From positions 7,440 to 71,439 of the forward strand of contig DYSB01000001.1 in the NCBI GenBank assembly GCA_020726405.1: a stretch of DNA of 64,000 bases, in the 5' to 3' direction. The translations under genes and the position numbers were made by a program. How positions within the stretch are numbered: the stretch's first letter is position 1; every line of letters starts with the position of its first letter. The notes under the pieces are model-generated. The model ran no database searches, was not told the origin of the DNA, and worked only from the letters and a program-made list of their open reading frames with translations. Below are positions 35,950 through 48,300 of the stretch, in pieces. Origin of the DNA: Acetofilamentum sp. GTDB taxonomy: Bacteria > CAIWAD01.

Positions 35950-38238
35950 CTAGAATTCCAAGGTCAGCCCGTAGACCGGCATGATTTTCCAGCCATACCA
36001 GGTTTTGACTTCCCCATCCGTGTGGTGCCAATAGCGGTAGGCTACATTTTTCTGGCTGTAGGCGTTCTCGATGTCCCAGAACTGGACCAGGTTGAAGCGC
36101 CGGCCCTGGATCCGGTGGTCCAGCCGCAGATCCAGCCGGTGATAGACGGGCAGCCGCTCGCTCTGGTAGTCCGCCAGGTTCAGGCGCGTGTCCCCGGCCA
36201 ATGCACTGGCTGCCACATCCACGGGCGTCGTGGGCAAGCCGCCACTGATCCGCCATTTCAGACTCAGCTCCCAGCGATGGTTGGGAATCCAGCCCAGGAT
36301 CAGCGTGCCCATGTGCCGGCGGTCGAAGGGTCCGGGCAGCCAGGGGCCGCTCGGGGTTTTGTAGCCGGAGACGGACCAGGAGTAGCTGGCGCTGCCATAG
36401 GTTCCCGCACTCAGCTTTTTCTGCGCCAGCAGTTCGAGGCCGTGGCTGTGGCCCGTCCCGCTGGATTCCAGCCGCCCCAGGTAGGTGTAGCCGTAATAGC
36501 TGCCCGCGTCCGCCAGGGGCACGTCCGGGGAGAGCTGGCTGACGGGCAGGTCCAGGTAGCGGCGCACGAACAGATCCAGCGAGACCAGCCACTCCGGCCG
36601 GGGCCGCCACTCCAGCCCGGCCTGGGCATGCCGGCTTTTCATGCTGGTGACCGCGTCCCGCTCGGCGCTTTGCACGCGCCAGGAGACGGGCAGGCCCTGG
36701 GCGTAGCCGCCCGCCGCCAGGTTGAGGGCCCAGTTCGGCGCCAGCTCCTGGCGCAGGGAGGCGCGCGGCTGCAGGTCCAGGCTGCCCGTGTCGTCGTCGT
36801 GGTCCAGCCGCAGGCCCAGCCGCAGGGAGCGGCCGGGGGCGGGGCGCCATTCCGCCTGGGTCAGCGCCCAGAACCGCTGCTGGCCGTGGCGCAGATCCAG
36901 GCGTTGGTCGGGCAGGCTGTCGCCCCAGCTGGAGCGCATCTCCGCCAGGCGCACATCGTGGACGGAGACGCTGTGGTCCAAACCCAGCCCCCATGTCAGG
37001 TCCAGCCGCCGGCCCAGCCGGACCCGCTCGTGGGCCAGGCTGAGGGTCTGTTCGCGGGCCTCGTTGCGAATCCGGTTGCTGCCGTTCCAGGCGGAGAAGT
37101 CGTGGTTGAAATCCAGGTGGTTGAGGGTGAGGCGCCAGGACTGCAGCCGCCCCTCCGCCGAGCTCCGGCGCAGGGCCAGGCCGCCGGCCAGCGTGCGCTG
37201 CAACTGGTCCACGTTGTAGTTCTGGTCCGGGTCCTCGGCCGTGGTGAAGCGGATGCGGTTCACGCCGCTAAGCAGCAGGCCCGACAGCCGCCAAGCGGGC
37301 GCCACGTCCAGCGTGAACGAGCCGCCCAGGTCGGCCATCACCGGCACGTTGGAATAGCCGATCTGGCTCTTGAGCAACTCCAGATAGCTGCGCCGCGCCC
37401 CGGCCAGCCAGGAGCCACGCCCGCCGGCCAGCGGGCCTTCCAGCTCCAGACCCAGTCCGGCCATGCTGAGGAAGGCTTCTCCCTGGGTGCGCTCCCGGTC
37501 GCCCTCGCGGAAGCGGATCTCCATCACCGAGCTGAGCCGGTCGCCGTAGCGTGTGTCGAAGCCGCCCGGCGAGAAATGCACCTGGTCGATGAAGTCCACG
37601 TGGATCATGCCCATCGGGCCGCCCGTGCCGCCCTGGCTGCCGAAGTGGTTGAGGTTGTGGATGGGGTGGCCGTCCACCAGGAAGAGGTTTTCCAGCGGGT
37701 TGCCACCGCGGACGATGATGTCGTTGCGCTGGTCGTCGGCGCCCATCCCCACGGAGGGCAGCGACTGCACCAGGCGGTTGACGTCCTCCGCGCTGCCCGG
37801 CGCCCGGCGGATCTCTTCGCGCCCGAACTCCTGGGTGACGGCGCCCGTCTGCTGGCGCCCGGAGAAGTACTCGGGACGCACGGTGACGTCCGTCAGCCGC
37901 AGATCCGTGGGAGTCAGCCGCGCCAGCAGCGGATCCTCCCGCCCCGGCCGCGCCACCACGTCCGTCAGCACCACGCTGCCGTAGCCCAGCCGGCTCACCT
38001 GCAGGGAGTAGGTTCCGGCAGGCACCTGGAGGATGCGGAAACGCCCCGCCAGATCGGTGGCGGCGCCCAGGCGTAGGCCCAGCACTTCCACGTTGGCCCC
38101 GGCCAGGGGTTGTTCGGTGCGGGCGTCCAGCACGGTTCCCGCCAGGCTGCCGCGGGGATCCGCCTGCTGGGCGGCGGGCAGCGGGTGCCCACCCAACACA
38201 AGGAGCAGGCTCAAGAGGAAGAACAAGGCGCGCCGCAT
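35950..38238 (-). CDS. TonB-dependent-receptor-like outer-membrane protein with N-terminal carboxypeptidase-regulatory-like domain
   Basis: 762 aa. Signal MRRALFFLLSLLLVLGGHPLPAAQ, CarboxypepD_reg-like GTVLDARTEQPLAGANVEVLG, plug region, beta-barrel ending in aromatic ...YGLTLEF. Confidence 0.8.
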   Translation of the reverse strand: MRRALFFLLSLLLVLGGHPLPAAQQADPRGSLAGTVLDARTEQPLAGANVEVLGLRLGAATDLAGRFRILQVPAGTYSLQVSRLGYGSVVLTDVVARPGREDPLLARLTPTDLRLTDVTVRPEYFSGRQQTGAVTQEFGREEIRRAPGSAEDVNRLVQSLPSVGMGADDQRNDIIVRGGNPLENLFLVDGHPIHNLNHFGSQGGTGGPMGMIHVDFIDQVHFSPGGFDTRYGDRLSSVMEIRFREGDRERTQGEAFLSMAGLGLELEGPLAGGRGSWLAGARRSYLELLKSQIGYSNVPVMADLGGSFTLDVAPAWRLSGLLLSGVNRIRFTTAEDPDQNYNVDQLQRTLAGGLALRRSSAEGRLQSWRLTLNHLDFNHDFSAWNGSNRIRNEAREQTLSLAHERVRLGRRLDLTWGLGLDHSVSVHDVRLAEMRSSWGDSLPDQRLDLRHGQQRFWALTQAEWRPAPGRSLRLGLRLDHDDDTGSLDLQPRASLRQELAPNWALNLAAGGYAQGLPVSWRVQSAERDAVTSMKSRHAQAGLEWRPRPEWLVSLDLFVRRYLDLPVSQLSPDVPLADAGSYYGYTYLGRLESSGTGHSHGLELLAQKKLSAGTYGSASYSWSVSGYKTPSGPWLPGPFDRRHMGTLILGWIPNHRWELSLKWRISGGLPTTPVDVAASALAGDTRLNLADYQSERLPVYHRLDLRLDHRIQGRRFNLVQFWDIENAYSQKNVAYRYWHHTDGEVKTWYGWKIMPVYGLTLEF

Positions 38239-38506
38239 CCGGGGACATCCTCAGACATGATAACGTAGAATCCTCAGCCAAATTTCCCATTGACCGTCAA
38301 CGAGATAGGCTGGCCACCTCGCCCATTCGCGGTGTTCTCGGGAGCATGGAAGCTTTCAAATGCCCTTCGATTGTACATTTTCTGAACACGAGCGCAGAAT
38401 GGCCACTTTTACCGAATAACCGCAGGCTGCTTCTACTACGTATCATGTCCTCAGATTCCCGCCCCCGGGATTCACACCCACATCGAGACCCAGGTCCACC
38501 AGGTTG

Positions 38507-40111
38507 CTACAGCAGCTGCCGGAAGAAGTCGTTGCCCTTGTTGTCCACCAGGATGATCGCCGGGAAGTCGCGCACCTCGATCTCCCAGACCGCCTCCATC
38601 CCGAACTCGACGAAGTCCAGGACCTTCTGGCTGAAGATGTGCTCCTGGGCCAGCAGCGCGGCCGGTCCGCCCGGGCTGCCCAGATAGAAGCCGCCGTTGG
38701 CCTGGCAGGCGTCCGTGACAACCTGGCCGCGGTTGCCCTTGGCGATCATCACATGGCTGCCGCCGGCCTTCTGGAAAGCGTCCACGTAGGGATCCATCCG
38801 CTGGGCCGTGGTGGGGCCGAAGGAGCCGGTGGCCTTGCCGTTGGGCGTCTTGGCCGGGCCGGCGTAGTAGATCGGGTGGTCACGGAAGTAGGCGGGCAGC
38901 GGCTGGCCGGCCTGCAGCATCTCGAAGAGCCGGGCGTGGGCCATGTCCCGGGCGACGACCAGCTTGCCGCTCAGGCGCAGCAGGGTCTTCACCGGGTACT
39001 GCGAGAGTTCCTCGCGGATCTCCGTCATGGGCCGGTTCAGGTCCACGGGCACGCCCGCGGCGAAGTCCAGCTGGCGGCCCTTCAGGAAGCGGCCCGGATC
39101 CAGCTCCAGCTCCTCCAGCCAGACGCCCTCGGCGTCGATGCGCCCCTTGATGTTGCGGTCGGCGCTGCAGGAGACGCCCATCCCGATCGGGCAGCTGGCG
39201 CCATGGCGCGGCAGGCGGATCACCCGCACGTCGTGGCAGAAGTACTTGCCCCCGAACTGGGCGCCGATGCCCAGCCGGCGGGTCTCCTCCAACAGCTCGG
39301 CCTCCAGCTCCAGGTCGCGGAAGGCTTCGCCGCCGGGGCCGCCCTGGGTGGGCAGACTGTCATACCAGCCGCAGGTGGCCAGCTTGACGGTCTTCATCAC
39401 GGTCTCGGCGCTGGTCCCGCCGATCACGAAGCACAAGTGGTAGGGCGGGCAGGCCGCCGTGCCCAGGGTGCGCAGCTTGTCCACCAGGAAGGGTTTGAGC
39501 GCCGCCGGGGTGAGCACGGCCTTGGTCATCTGGAAGAGTTGGCTCTTGTTGGCGCTGCCGCCGCCCTTGGCCACGAACAGGAAGCGGTAATCCGTGCCGT
39601 GGGAGGCCACAATGTCGATCTGGGCGGGCAGGTTGCTGCCGCTGTTCCTCTCCTCGTACATGCTCAGGGGCAGCATCTGCGAATAGCGGAAACTCTCCTG
39701 GGTGTAGGCTCGGAAGACGCCGCGCGAGAGGGCCTCCTCGTCACGCCCGGAGGTGGCCACGTGGTGGCCCTTCTTGGCGAAGATGATGGCCGTGCCCGTG
39801 TCCTGGCAGAAGGGCAAATGGCGCTCGGCGGAGATGACCGCGTTGCGCAGCATGGCCTGGGCCACGTAGCGGTCATTGTCGCTGGCCTCGGGATCGTCCA
39901 GGATGCGCGCCACCAGTTCCTGATGGCTGGGGCGCAGCAGGTAGTTGACGTCGGAGAAGGCGCGGCGGGCCAGTAAGGAGAGGGCCTCATGCCCGACGTA
40001 GAGCAGTTCGTCACCCTGGAAAGCCTGCAACTTCACGTCGTCCTGGCCCAGCAGGGCGTAGGGCGCGGTGTCCGGGCCCAAAGGGAAAGGATTGTGGTAC
40101 TTGAATTCCAT
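38507..40111 (-). CDS. class I (Fe-S) fumarate hydratase, fused alpha/beta form
   Basis: Start MEFKYHNPF (internal, 40111). Cys ligands ([10 protein letters not shown] ... [12 protein letters not shown]), 534 aa, typical FumA/FumB size. Confidence 0.85.
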   Translation of the reverse strand: MEFKYHNPFPLGPDTAPYALLGQDDVKLQAFQGDELLYVGHEALSLLARRAFSDVNYLLRPSHQELVARILDDPEASDNDRYVAQAMLRNAVISAERHLPFCQDTGTAIIFAKKGHHVATSGRDEEALSRGVFRAYTQESFRYSQMLPLSMYEERNSGSNLPAQIDIVASHGTDYRFLFVAKGGGSANKSQLFQMTKAVLTPAALKPFLVDKLRTLGTAACPPYHLCFVIGGTSAETVMKTVKLATCGWYDSLPTQGGPGGEAFRDLELEAELLEETRRLGIGAQFGGKYFCHDVRVIRLPRHGASCPIGMGVSCSADRNIKGRIDAEGVWLEELELDPGRFLKGRQLDFAAGVPVDLNRPMTEIREELSQYPVKTLLRLSGKLVVARDMAHARLFEMLQAGQPLPAYFRDHPIYYAGPAKTPNGKATGSFGPTTAQRMDPYVDAFQKAGGSHVMIAKGNRGQVVTDACQANGGFYLGSPGGPAALLAQEHIFSQKVLDFVEFGMEAVWEIEVRDFPAIILVDNKGNDFFRQLL

Positions 40112-40239
40112 GGCTCCTCCTCTGATCAACATCTCGGTAAATTGCGATCGCCGGCACCGTCATCCAACGCCCGGCTTCCGGCGAAGCCGGATTCCCTCGG
40201 CCTTCGTTATCACTTCGGCGCAGGTTCGCGCAGCGACTT

Positions 40240-40264
40240 CTTCCCCCGCCCCCGGCGGGGGAAG
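40240..40264 (-). terminator. perfect 11-bp GC stem-loop 3' of folE (no U-tract)
   Basis: CTTCCCCCGCC-CCC-GGCGGGGGAAG at 40240-40264. A second hairpin, CCGGCTTC-CGGC-GAAGCCGG, lies ~70 nt further downstream. Confidence 0.35.
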
Positions 40265-40300
40265 GGACTCGGGCTTCGCCGGGATTACAGGTCCCCACCC

Positions 40301-40876
40301 TCAGATGGTTTTCATCCCGATGATCGACATGAATTCCGCCCGGGTCTCCTGGTCGTCGTGGAACTCGCCCAGCATGGCGCTGGTGGTGGCGTAGCTGTTC
40401 TGCTTCTCCACGCCGCGCATCTGCATGCACATGTGGCGGGCCTCCAGCACCACGGCCACGCCGCCCGGCTCCAGCACGTGCATCATGGTCTGGGCCACAT
40501 CGTGGGTGAGGCGCTCCTGCACCTGCAAGCGCCGGGCGTGCATGTCGAGGATCCGCGGAATCTTGGAAAGCCCGATGACTTTGCCGCGCGGCAGGTAGCC
40601 CACGTGGGCGCGGCCGAAGAAGGGCAGCAGGTGATGCTCGCACAGGCTGAAGAACTCCACGTCCTTGACGACCACCATCTCGCTGCAGTCCTCGTGGAAG
40701 ACCGCGTCGTTGAGCAGCTTGTCCAGATCCATCCGGTAGCCGTTGGAGAGGAACTCCCAGGCCTTGGCCACCCGCTGCGGTGTGCGCAACAAGCCTTCGC
40801 GCTCCGGGTTCTCCCCCAGCCGGGCCAGCAGCTCGCGGGTGAGTTCCTCCACCCGGGTCAGATCGGCAGGCGTCAT
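40301..40876 (-). CDS. folE: GTP cyclohydrolase I
   Basis: 191 aa. [21 protein letters not shown] and CMQMRGV motifs diagnostic of FolE. Confidence 0.93.
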   Translation of the reverse strand: MTPADLTRVEELTRELLARLGENPEREGLLRTPQRVAKAWEFLSNGYRMDLDKLLNDAVFHEDCSEMVVVKDVEFFSLCEHHLLPFFGRAHVGYLPRGKVIGLSKIPRILDMHARRLQVQERLTHDVAQTMMHVLEPGGVAVVLEARHMCMQMRGVEKQNSYATTSAMLGEFHDDQETRAEFMSIIGMKTI

Positions 40877-40913
40877 GCCAGCGTCCTTTCGTTATCAGCC
40901 TGTCGGACTTGGT

Positions 40914-41570
40914 TCACGCGGTCGCCGCGGGGCACAGATCCGCCAGACCGCAGTCCGCGCAGCGCGGCCGCCGGGCCACACAGACCGCCCGGCCGTGATC
41001 GATGATCCGGTGGGTGAAGGCCACCCACTCCTCCGGCGGCAGCAGCTCCGTCACCTCGCACTCGATCTGCACCGGATCCCGGGACTCCGTCAAGCCCAGC
41101 AACCCCAGGATGCGGATCATGTGCGTGTCCACCACCACGGCGGGCTGGCCGTACCAGGTGCCCAGCACGCAGTTGGCCGTCTTGCGACCCACGCCGGGCA
41201 GCCGCACCAGTTCGTCCAGCCGGTCGGGCACGCGCCCCGCGTGCTCCTCGACGATCAGCCGGCAGCAGCCCTGGATGGCACGGGCCTTCTGGTTATGGTA
41301 GCCGCAGCTGTGCACGGCCCCGGCCAGCTCCTCCAGCCCGGCCCCGGCCAGGGCCGCGGCGTCGGGCCAGCGCCCGAACAGGTCCGGAGTCACCTGGTTG
41401 ACCCGGGCATCCGTGCACTGGGCGGACAGGATGGTTGAGACCAGCAGCTCCAGTGCCGAGGTATGCCGCAGCGCGCAGCCACTGTCCGGGTAGGCCTCCC
41501 GCAGCCGGCGCGCCACCGCCCGGGCCCGGGTCCGCCGGGCGGTCGCCGACTCTCCTGCCCGCCGACTCAC
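40914..41570 (-). CDS. nth: endonuclease III
   Basis: HhH-GPD motif LPGVGRKTANCVL and the [4Fe-4S] cluster C-x6-C-x2-C-x5-C (CVARRPRCADCGLADLC). Proposed GTG start at 41570, giving the usual ~219 aa and a GTGA overlap with the stop of the upstream gene; the track ORF extends further. Confidence 0.75.
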   Translation of the reverse strand: MSRRAGESATARRTRARAVARRLREAYPDSGCALRHTSALELLVSTILSAQCTDARVNQVTPDLFGRWPDAAALAGAGLEELAGAVHSCGYHNQKARAIQGCCRLIVEEHAGRVPDRLDELVRLPGVGRKTANCVLGTWYGQPAVVVDTHMIRILGLLGLTESRDPVQIECEVTELLPPEEWVAFTHRIIDHGRAVCVARRPRCADCGLADLCPAATA

Positions 41571-41959
41571 GGGGTCTCGCCCCGGAGTGATGTTTCCGTC
41601 CAAAGATCGGCAGGCCGGCTCTCCCAATTCGGCCTGGCCAGCCGTTCCAGCAGCAGGTGGGGCAGCGGCAAGCCCAGCCCCGTGGCCCACTCGGGTTCCT
41701 GGAATTCCGTCGTCATCAGGCGTCCCAGCTTGATCGTGGCCTTCTCCCGCAGACTCTGGGCGCCCGCGGTGTTGCCGCTCTCCCGGTGCAGCTGGGACAC
41801 AACCAGCTGGATCAGCGCCTGTAGCCAGAGCCGATCGTCTCCGGTCAATTCCAGCCACAGCTCCTCCCAGATCTCGTGGGCGGAATAGGTGTGGCCGCGG
41901 CGGGCCTGGCGCAGCCCGCGGGAGGCCAACGAGCGGCGCCGATCGGCGGGTGTGCTCAC
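41567..41959 (-). CDS. DUF309-like small protein
   Basis: C-terminal 130 aa of track ORF 41567..42814 (the rest is antisense to the kinase). YSAHEIWEELWLELTGDDRLWLQALIQLVVSQLH matches the DUF309 HE-x-WE-x-LW pattern. GTG at 41959 overlaps the TGA of the hybrid kinase (GTGA). Confidence 0.55.
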   Translation of the reverse strand: MSTPADRRRSLASRGLRQARRGHTYSAHEIWEELWLELTGDDRLWLQALIQLVVSQLHRESGNTAGAQSLREKATIKLGRLMTTEFQEPEWATGLGLPLPHLLLERLARPNWESRPADLWTETSLRGETP

Positions 41960-44385
41960 GCGCCGGACTCCCGCGCGCCGGCCGGCGTCTCCAGGGCCTG
42001 GCGCACACGCCGGCTCAGGGATTCCAGCGTGAAGGGTTTGCCCAGCAGGGGCGCGCCCTGAGCGGGACTGAGGTCGTGCCGACTGAGTTCGCCGTCCGTG
42101 TAGCCGCTGCAGAACAGCACGCGCGCGCCGGGCCAGATCTCCAGCAGACGCCGCACGGCGGCGGGCCCGCTCATTACGGGCATGATCACATCGCTGAAGA
42201 TGAGGTCGGCGGGCCGGAGCTGAGCGCGGGCCAGCTCCAGGGCCTCCATCCCGTCGGCGGCGGCCAGCACGTGGTAGCCACAGTGCTCCAGGAGGCGCAC
42301 GGTCAGTTCGCGCACGGCGGGGTCGTCCTCCAGCACCAGGATGGTCTCGCTGCCCCGGGGCAGCTCGCCGCTCTCCTGCGGCACCTCGACCTGGCGGACC
42401 TGCAGGGCCCCGATGGAGGGGAAGTAGAGCCGGAAGCGCGTGCCCGAGCCCGGCCGGCTCTCCACGGTAATGGCGCCGCCGCACTTCTTGACGATGGCGT
42501 AGACGATGGAGAGCCCCAGGCCCGTGCCCTTGCCCAGGGCCTTGGTGGTGAAGAAGGGTTCGAAGATCCGGCTGTGCAGGGTCTCCTCGATCCCGTGCCC
42601 CGTGTCGCTCACTTCCAGCTGGACGTAGGGACCGGGCGACAGACTCATCACGCGCCGGGCCTGGCCGGCACTGAGTTCCAGGTTGCGCACGCGCAGGCTC
42701 AGTTTGCCGCCGTCGGGCATGGCGTCCCGGGCGTTCACCACCAGGTTGATCACCACCTGCTCGATCTGGCCGGGATCCGCCCGGATGGCCCAGCCCTCGT
42801 CGCCCGGTATCCACTCCAGTTCCACCGACTCGCCGATCAGCCGGCGCAGCATGTTCTCCAGGTCATCCAGCAGGCGCTGCAGCATGAGCGGCCGGGGGGC
42901 CATCTCCTCCTGGCGGCTGAAGGTGAGCAGCCGGCGGGTCAAATCCGCGGCGCGCTGGCAGATCTGGATCTGGTCCTGCAGGTAGCGGCGCACAGAGTCC
43001 GGCTCGTCCATGTGCTGGAGCGCCAGCTCGGCGTTGCCGCTGATCCCCGTCAGCAGGTTGTTGAAGTCGTGGGCCAGGCCGCCCGCCAGGTTGCCGATGG
43101 CGTCCAGCTTCTGGGCCTGACGCAACTGCTGCTCCAGATTGCGCAGCTCCGTGACGTCCTGGACCATGAGGATCGCCCCGCTCACGCGGCCGACGGCGTC
43201 CGCGTGGGGTGAGATCTGCACCAGCAGCTGGCTGCGCACCCCGTAAATCGAGGTGTAGTCCAGCTCCAGGTTGCGCACCACCTCGCCGCGCCCCACCCGC
43301 TTGAGCAGGTCGTCGATGGGCACGCCATGCAGGCCGGGCAGCTCGGCCAGCGGCCGACCCAGCGCCCGGGACGCCGCCTGGCGCGGTACACCCATCATCT
43401 GCTCCATGGCGGGGTTTTCGTAGACCAGGACGCCGGAGAGATCCACGTACATCACGCCCATGGGTGCGTGCTGGATCAGGCCCCGGTTGAATTCCTCCGA
43501 GGCCTTCAGGACCGCCTCGGCGTACTTGCGGTCGGTGATGTCGCGCACGATGGCCAGCAGGAAGTGGCGTTCCCCCAGATCCAGGGGCGAGAGCAAGACC
43601 TCGGCGTCGAACGTGCTGCCGTCCACCCGGGCGTGCAGCCACTCGAAGAACTGGCGCTTGCCCGCCACGGCGGCGGAGATGTGCCGGGCGGCCTGCTGCT
43701 CGCTGGAGCGTCCGTTCCGCTGCAGGGGCGGCGACAGATCCAGCGGTCGCATGCCGGTCAGCGTCTCCGCGGCACGCCCGAGCATGCGCGCGGCGGCGGG
43801 ATTGCACTCGACGAAGCGCTCACCCTCCATCAGGAAGATGGCGTCCAGGGCCTCCTCAAACAGGCCGCGGTAGCGGATCTCGCTCTGGCGCAAAGCGCTC
43901 AGGGTCTCCAGCTGCGAACTCAGGTCCTGCACGCTGCCCAACAGGCCCAGCGCGCCTTGCTGCTCGTCGCGCAGGACGCAGAGCCGGACCTGGACCGGCA
44001 GTTCTCGACCGTCCGGTCGCTTCAGGTTAGTCGACAGCTCCAGGGGCCACTGCTCCACCCCGCCCGCCAGGACCTCATCCAGCCCGAATCCGGGCATGAA
44101 CTCCGTCACCAGCCGGCCTTCCACCTGACTGTGGGCCAGACCCAGCAGGTCGCCCAGGGCTTGGTTGCAATAGGTGATCCGCCCCAGCGGGTGGATAAAG
44201 AACAGGGGCGCGGGCACCAGATCGCCCATTTCCTGCAGCATCAGGGCCGTTTCGTGGCCGAGGCGCGGACTGAGCTCACTGCCGGCGCCCAGATCCTGGA
44301 AGCGCTTCCGTAGCATGTGTTCCAGGGCCAGCAGGCGCTCGCGCAGCTGACACAGGCTTTCCGCGCGGTCCGGGTGGATCGTCAT
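41956..44385 (-). CDS. PAS-domain hybrid sensor histidine kinase (multiple PAS, HisKA, HATPase_c, C-terminal receiver)
   Basis: 809 aa. PAS repeats, H-box [16 protein letters not shown], ATPase G-boxes, and a C-terminal REC ([13 protein letters not shown]...[10 protein letters not shown]). Confidence 0.9.
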   Translation of the reverse strand: MTIHPDRAESLCQLRERLLALEHMLRKRFQDLGAGSELSPRLGHETALMLQEMGDLVPAPLFFIHPLGRITYCNQALGDLLGLAHSQVEGRLVTEFMPGFGLDEVLAGGVEQWPLELSTNLKRPDGRELPVQVRLCVLRDEQQGALGLLGSVQDLSSQLETLSALRQSEIRYRGLFEEALDAIFLMEGERFVECNPAAARMLGRAAETLTGMRPLDLSPPLQRNGRSSEQQAARHISAAVAGKRQFFEWLHARVDGSTFDAEVLLSPLDLGERHFLLAIVRDITDRKYAEAVLKASEEFNRGLIQHAPMGVMYVDLSGVLVYENPAMEQMMGVPRQAASRALGRPLAELPGLHGVPIDDLLKRVGRGEVVRNLELDYTSIYGVRSQLLVQISPHADAVGRVSGAILMVQDVTELRNLEQQLRQAQKLDAIGNLAGGLAHDFNNLLTGISGNAELALQHMDEPDSVRRYLQDQIQICQRAADLTRRLLTFSRQEEMAPRPLMLQRLLDDLENMLRRLIGESVELEWIPGDEGWAIRADPGQIEQVVINLVVNARDAMPDGGKLSLRVRNLELSAGQARRVMSLSPGPYVQLEVSDTGHGIEETLHSRIFEPFFTTKALGKGTGLGLSIVYAIVKKCGGAITVESRPGSGTRFRLYFPSIGALQVRQVEVPQESGELPRGSETILVLEDDPAVRELTVRLLEHCGYHVLAAADGMEALELARAQLRPADLIFSDVIMPVMSGPAAVRRLLEIWPGARVLFCSGYTDGELSRHDLSPAQGAPLLGKPFTLESLSRRVRQALETPAGARESGA

Positions 44386-44673
44386 GCCGCACTCCTTTCC
44401 GGGCTCCGTGGGCTCCAGTTCCTCTACAAGGGCGCGTCACCCTGTGGAAATCCGGGGCGCCGGCAAGCGGAAAGCTGGTCTGGAGACGCGCTGCGTTCGA
44501 ATCAGAACGTGATTCAAGGTACTCGACAAGGCCCGATCCCCCAAGGCCTGAGTTCAACTTAGGTTCAATCCAGGCGCAATCTCCCCCGCGCAACTGCCGA
44601 TAAGCCGGGGACCAACTGGCAAAGGAAGAGAAAAACGGGCGGACGGATCCACATCAGCCAGCATCCGGGCCGG

Positions 44674-45327
44674 GTGCGCAATTCCACTGAGGACTGGGCC
44701 GCCGGCGAGGAGCGGGCGGGCCGGCTGGCCTGCGCCATCTGCGATGGCATGGGGGGCATGCGCCACGGCGACCGGGCCTCCCGGGCAGTGGCCGACCGCT
44801 TCCTGGCCCTTTGTCTGCACGACGAGCGCAGCCTGAGTGCCGTCTGGCCGCCCAGCTCCCAGCGCGTGCAGTTGGAATTGGCCGTGGTGATGGCCCGCCT
44901 GCAGGCTGAGCTGCGGGAGCGCCGGGTGGCCACCACGTTCACGGGTCTGGCACTGGCCGGGTTGCGCGGACGGCTCTACCACGTGGGGGACAGCCGGGCG
45001 TACCTGCTGCGCGACGGGTTCGCGCACCAGCTTAGCCGCGACCACCGGGTGAGCGCGGACCAGCCCCAGCTGCTCAGCCAGGCCCTGGGCTCGCCCCAAC
45101 ACGACCGGCTGGAGTGCCTGGACCTGGAGCTGGACCCCGGCGACCGCTTGTTGCTCTGCAGCGACGGTTTCACTCAAACGGGGCTGGAATCCGAGGAACT
45201 GCTGCGCCTGCTGGCGTCGAACGAAGCGGACGCCCGTGTGCCGGAGCTGCTGTTGGAAGAGGCCCTGCGGCGCGGCGCGGAGGACAACCTGAGTCTGGTC
45301 TGGATCATTCCCGAGGCGGCGGCATGA
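44674..45327 (+). CDS. PP2C-family Ser/Thr phosphatase (compact)
   Basis: GTG start. Metal-binding motif CDGMGG, plus YHVGDSRAY and LLLCSDGF. TGA overlaps the ATG of the downstream kinase (ATGA at 45324-45327). Confidence 0.8.
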   Translation: MRNSTEDWAAGEERAGRLACAICDGMGGMRHGDRASRAVADRFLALCLHDERSLSAVWPPSSQRVQLELAVVMARLQAELRERRVATTFTGLALAGLRGRLYHVGDSRAYLLRDGFAHQLSRDHRVSADQPQLLSQALGSPQHDRLECLDLELDPGDRLLLCSDGFTQTGLESEELLRLLASNEADARVPELLLEEALRRGAEDNLSLVWIIPEAAA

Positions 45328-48300
45328 ACCCCCATCCGGCAGCCGATTCCCTGCGCTTCACGGAGCTTCGCCCCCAGGGCGAGGGCGCCAGTGCGCGGGT
45401 CAGTTGTGCGCGGGACCGCTGGACGGGCCGCGAGGTCGTGCTCAAAGAGGCCCGCTCGCTGGGCCAGGACGTCCACGGTTTCCTGAAGGAGGCGCGGCTG
45501 CTCCAGATGCTGCGCTCCCCGGTCTTCCCCGAACTGGTGGAATTCGATCCCGGCGACGACCAGCATCCCGCCCGGCTGGTGCTGGAGAAGCGCCCGGGAC
45601 TGGCCCTGGCCGAGCTGACGGACTCTCCGGCCTGGTCCTTGGCCGCCGGCGAAGCGGACTGGATCACCATCCAGGTCCTGCAGGGGCTGACGGAGTTGGC
45701 CGAGCGCGGCTGGGTCCACGGCGACCTGGGTCCGGCCAACCTGCTGCTGGACGGCAGCCGAGCCAGCCTGCTGGACCTGGGTCTGGCCCGCTCCACACGG
45801 GACCGCCACCGCGCCCGCTCGGGAACGCTCAGCGTGATGCCGCCGGAAATCCTCAGCGATGGGCTGCCCCATCCGCGCTCGGATATTTTCTCCCTGGGGG
45901 CCCTGCTCTTCCAACTGCTCTGCGGCGCCTCGCCCTTCCCGGACGATCCCGACGAGGCCGTGGGCGCCATCCTGGCCGGTCGTCTGCGCCCGGCCGGCCG
46001 CGCGGCCACGCATCCGCTCTTCCCCTTCATCCTGCGCTGCCTGCACACGGAGCCCGGCCGGCGGCCCGCCCCTCAGGAAGCCCTGGCCGAGCTGACGGCC
46101 GCCCTGTCACCTGCCCGCACGGCCCTGCTGCTGCCCCGGCGCGGCCCGGGGACCTGGGAGACCAGCCTGCTGAAGCAGGTGGTGTCACGGCTCGCCGCCG
46201 GCACCTGCGTGCGCCTGCATAGCGGCAGTGCGGGACCCTGGCGCGCCCGGCTGGAACAGCTCCAGGTAGAGGTATCCGCCCGGCGCGGCCCGCTGCTCAG
46301 CATCCGGCGCGCCGAGGGGGAGTCGCTGCTGGATTGGCTGGCCCGCCGCGTGGACCATCCCGGCCGCTTGCGGCACTACCCGGAACTGGCCGGCGCCCTG
46401 GAGCGCCGCCGGGGCGGACCGGACCTGCTGCGCCTGGTGCTGGGCTTCCTGGACGACCAACTGGGCCGGCCCCGCCAAGGCCTGTGCTGGCTGACCCGAC
46501 CCGGCGACCCCGACGCCGCCCGATTGCACGATCTCGTCGCCCTCTGCGAGCGGCAGGCCCGCCCGCTTTTAATCCTGGAACTGGACTCCGACCCGGCGGA
46601 CGCTCTGCGCTTGGAAGCACCCGGCCGGGAGACCTGGCAGGGCTGGCTGCGTCGGCCGGCCCCCGGTATCGAATTGAGCGCGCCAGCCGCCGCAGCCCTG
46701 GACTCCCTCACAGGCGGGCAGAGCGAGCGCATCCCGCCGCTGGTGGCCCGCTGCATCAGTGAAGAGCGCCTCCTGCGCCGGAACGGACTCTGGGAACTGG
46801 GTCCGCTGGGCCTGCCCGCCCAGGAAGCCCGCGGAGCCGCGGACCTGGCGGCTCTGGGCGGACCCGTCCGCCGAGCCCTGCTGCGGGCCTGTGCCTGGCT
46901 GGAGCCCGCACCAGCCGGTGCCTGGCGCTCCCAGGTCCAGCAAGGCCGCGAGCGCGAGCTGGAGAGCCTGGAAGGAGCCGGCTGGTTGCGCGACCGGGGT
47001 GACGGCCAGCTGGAGCCCCAGGCCGGTGTGCGCGAGCTGCTGGGCCCGGCCAGCCTGCAGCCCGAGCACCTGCAGATCCTGCACGAACTGTGGAAGCTCC
47101 CCGAGCCGCCCGCCGAGCTCTGCCTTTTGCACCTGGGCCGCTGCGAACTGGGGCTGGCCGATCCGCTGGTGGCGCGCGACGTCCTGCTGGCCGCCCACGG
47201 GCTGGTGGATCCGGCGCGCCGGGTTCGGCTGATCCAGGAGTTGCTGCCTTTTTTGGCCCTGGGCGAGGTGGACGAACTGGAGACCCTGCTGGCCACGGGC
47301 CTGCTGGCCCAGGGCCGCCCGGCAGAGGCCCGGCGTCTGTTGCGCCGCCTGTTGCGCCGTGCCCGGGGCGAGTTCGTACTGCCGCTGATCAGCCGCCTGG
47401 CCTTCGTCTACATTTTGTTGGGCCGCCACCGGCTGGCCCTGCGCCTGCTGGACCGGGCCCGGCAACTCGCCGCCGATCCATTGGACCGCCTGCTGCTGCG
47501 GGTGACGGCGCTGGATCCGCTGCTGCGCAGCGGACAACAGGCCCGGGCAGTGGCGGAGCTGGCGGCCTGCCTGCCCGAGCTGCTGGACTGCGATCCGGCC
47601 GCCGGGCCCCAACAGGCCCACGCGCTCAATTCCGCCGGGGCCGCGGCCTTCCAACTAGGCCGCATGGACGATGCCGCGCGCCTCTGGACCCAGCTCGACC
47701 GGGCCGGCCGACAGCAGCTCCAGGTCCAGCAGCGGGTTTGGCTGGCCAACAATCTGGGCATTCTGCACCTGCAGGCCGGGCGGATCGAGCAGGCCCGCGG
47801 GGAACTGGAGCAGGCCGGACGCGAGGCCGCGCTCTACCACCTGGAACGCTACGAACTGATGGCCCGGGTCAACCTGGCGCTGGCCCAACTGCGGCGCGGT
47901 GCGGCGGACCAGGCCGTGCGCGAGCTGGAGCCGGCCTTGCAACAGGCCCGCGATCTCCAGGAGCCGGTGACGGAACTGGCCGTGCTGGATCATCTGGGGG
48001 ACTCCTGGGCCGCCCTGGGCGACCTGGAGGGTGCCGAGCGCGTCTGGCACGAGGAGCTGGCCAAGGCCCGGGAACTGGACAGCCCCAAGGACGAGCTGGA
48101 CCCATTGGCCCAGCTACTGCGCCTGGATCTGGACCTGGGGCTGGCGCCGCGCGGCGACCTACTGGCACGGTTTGAGGAATTGGCCGCGCTCCACGATTCG
48201 CCTCCGGCCCGCCAGTGGCGCCTGCTCAAGAACCTGCAGGACTGCCTGGCGCCGGAGCGGAGCAAGAGCCCAAGTCCCGGAACCGATTGGCCCGCGGACC

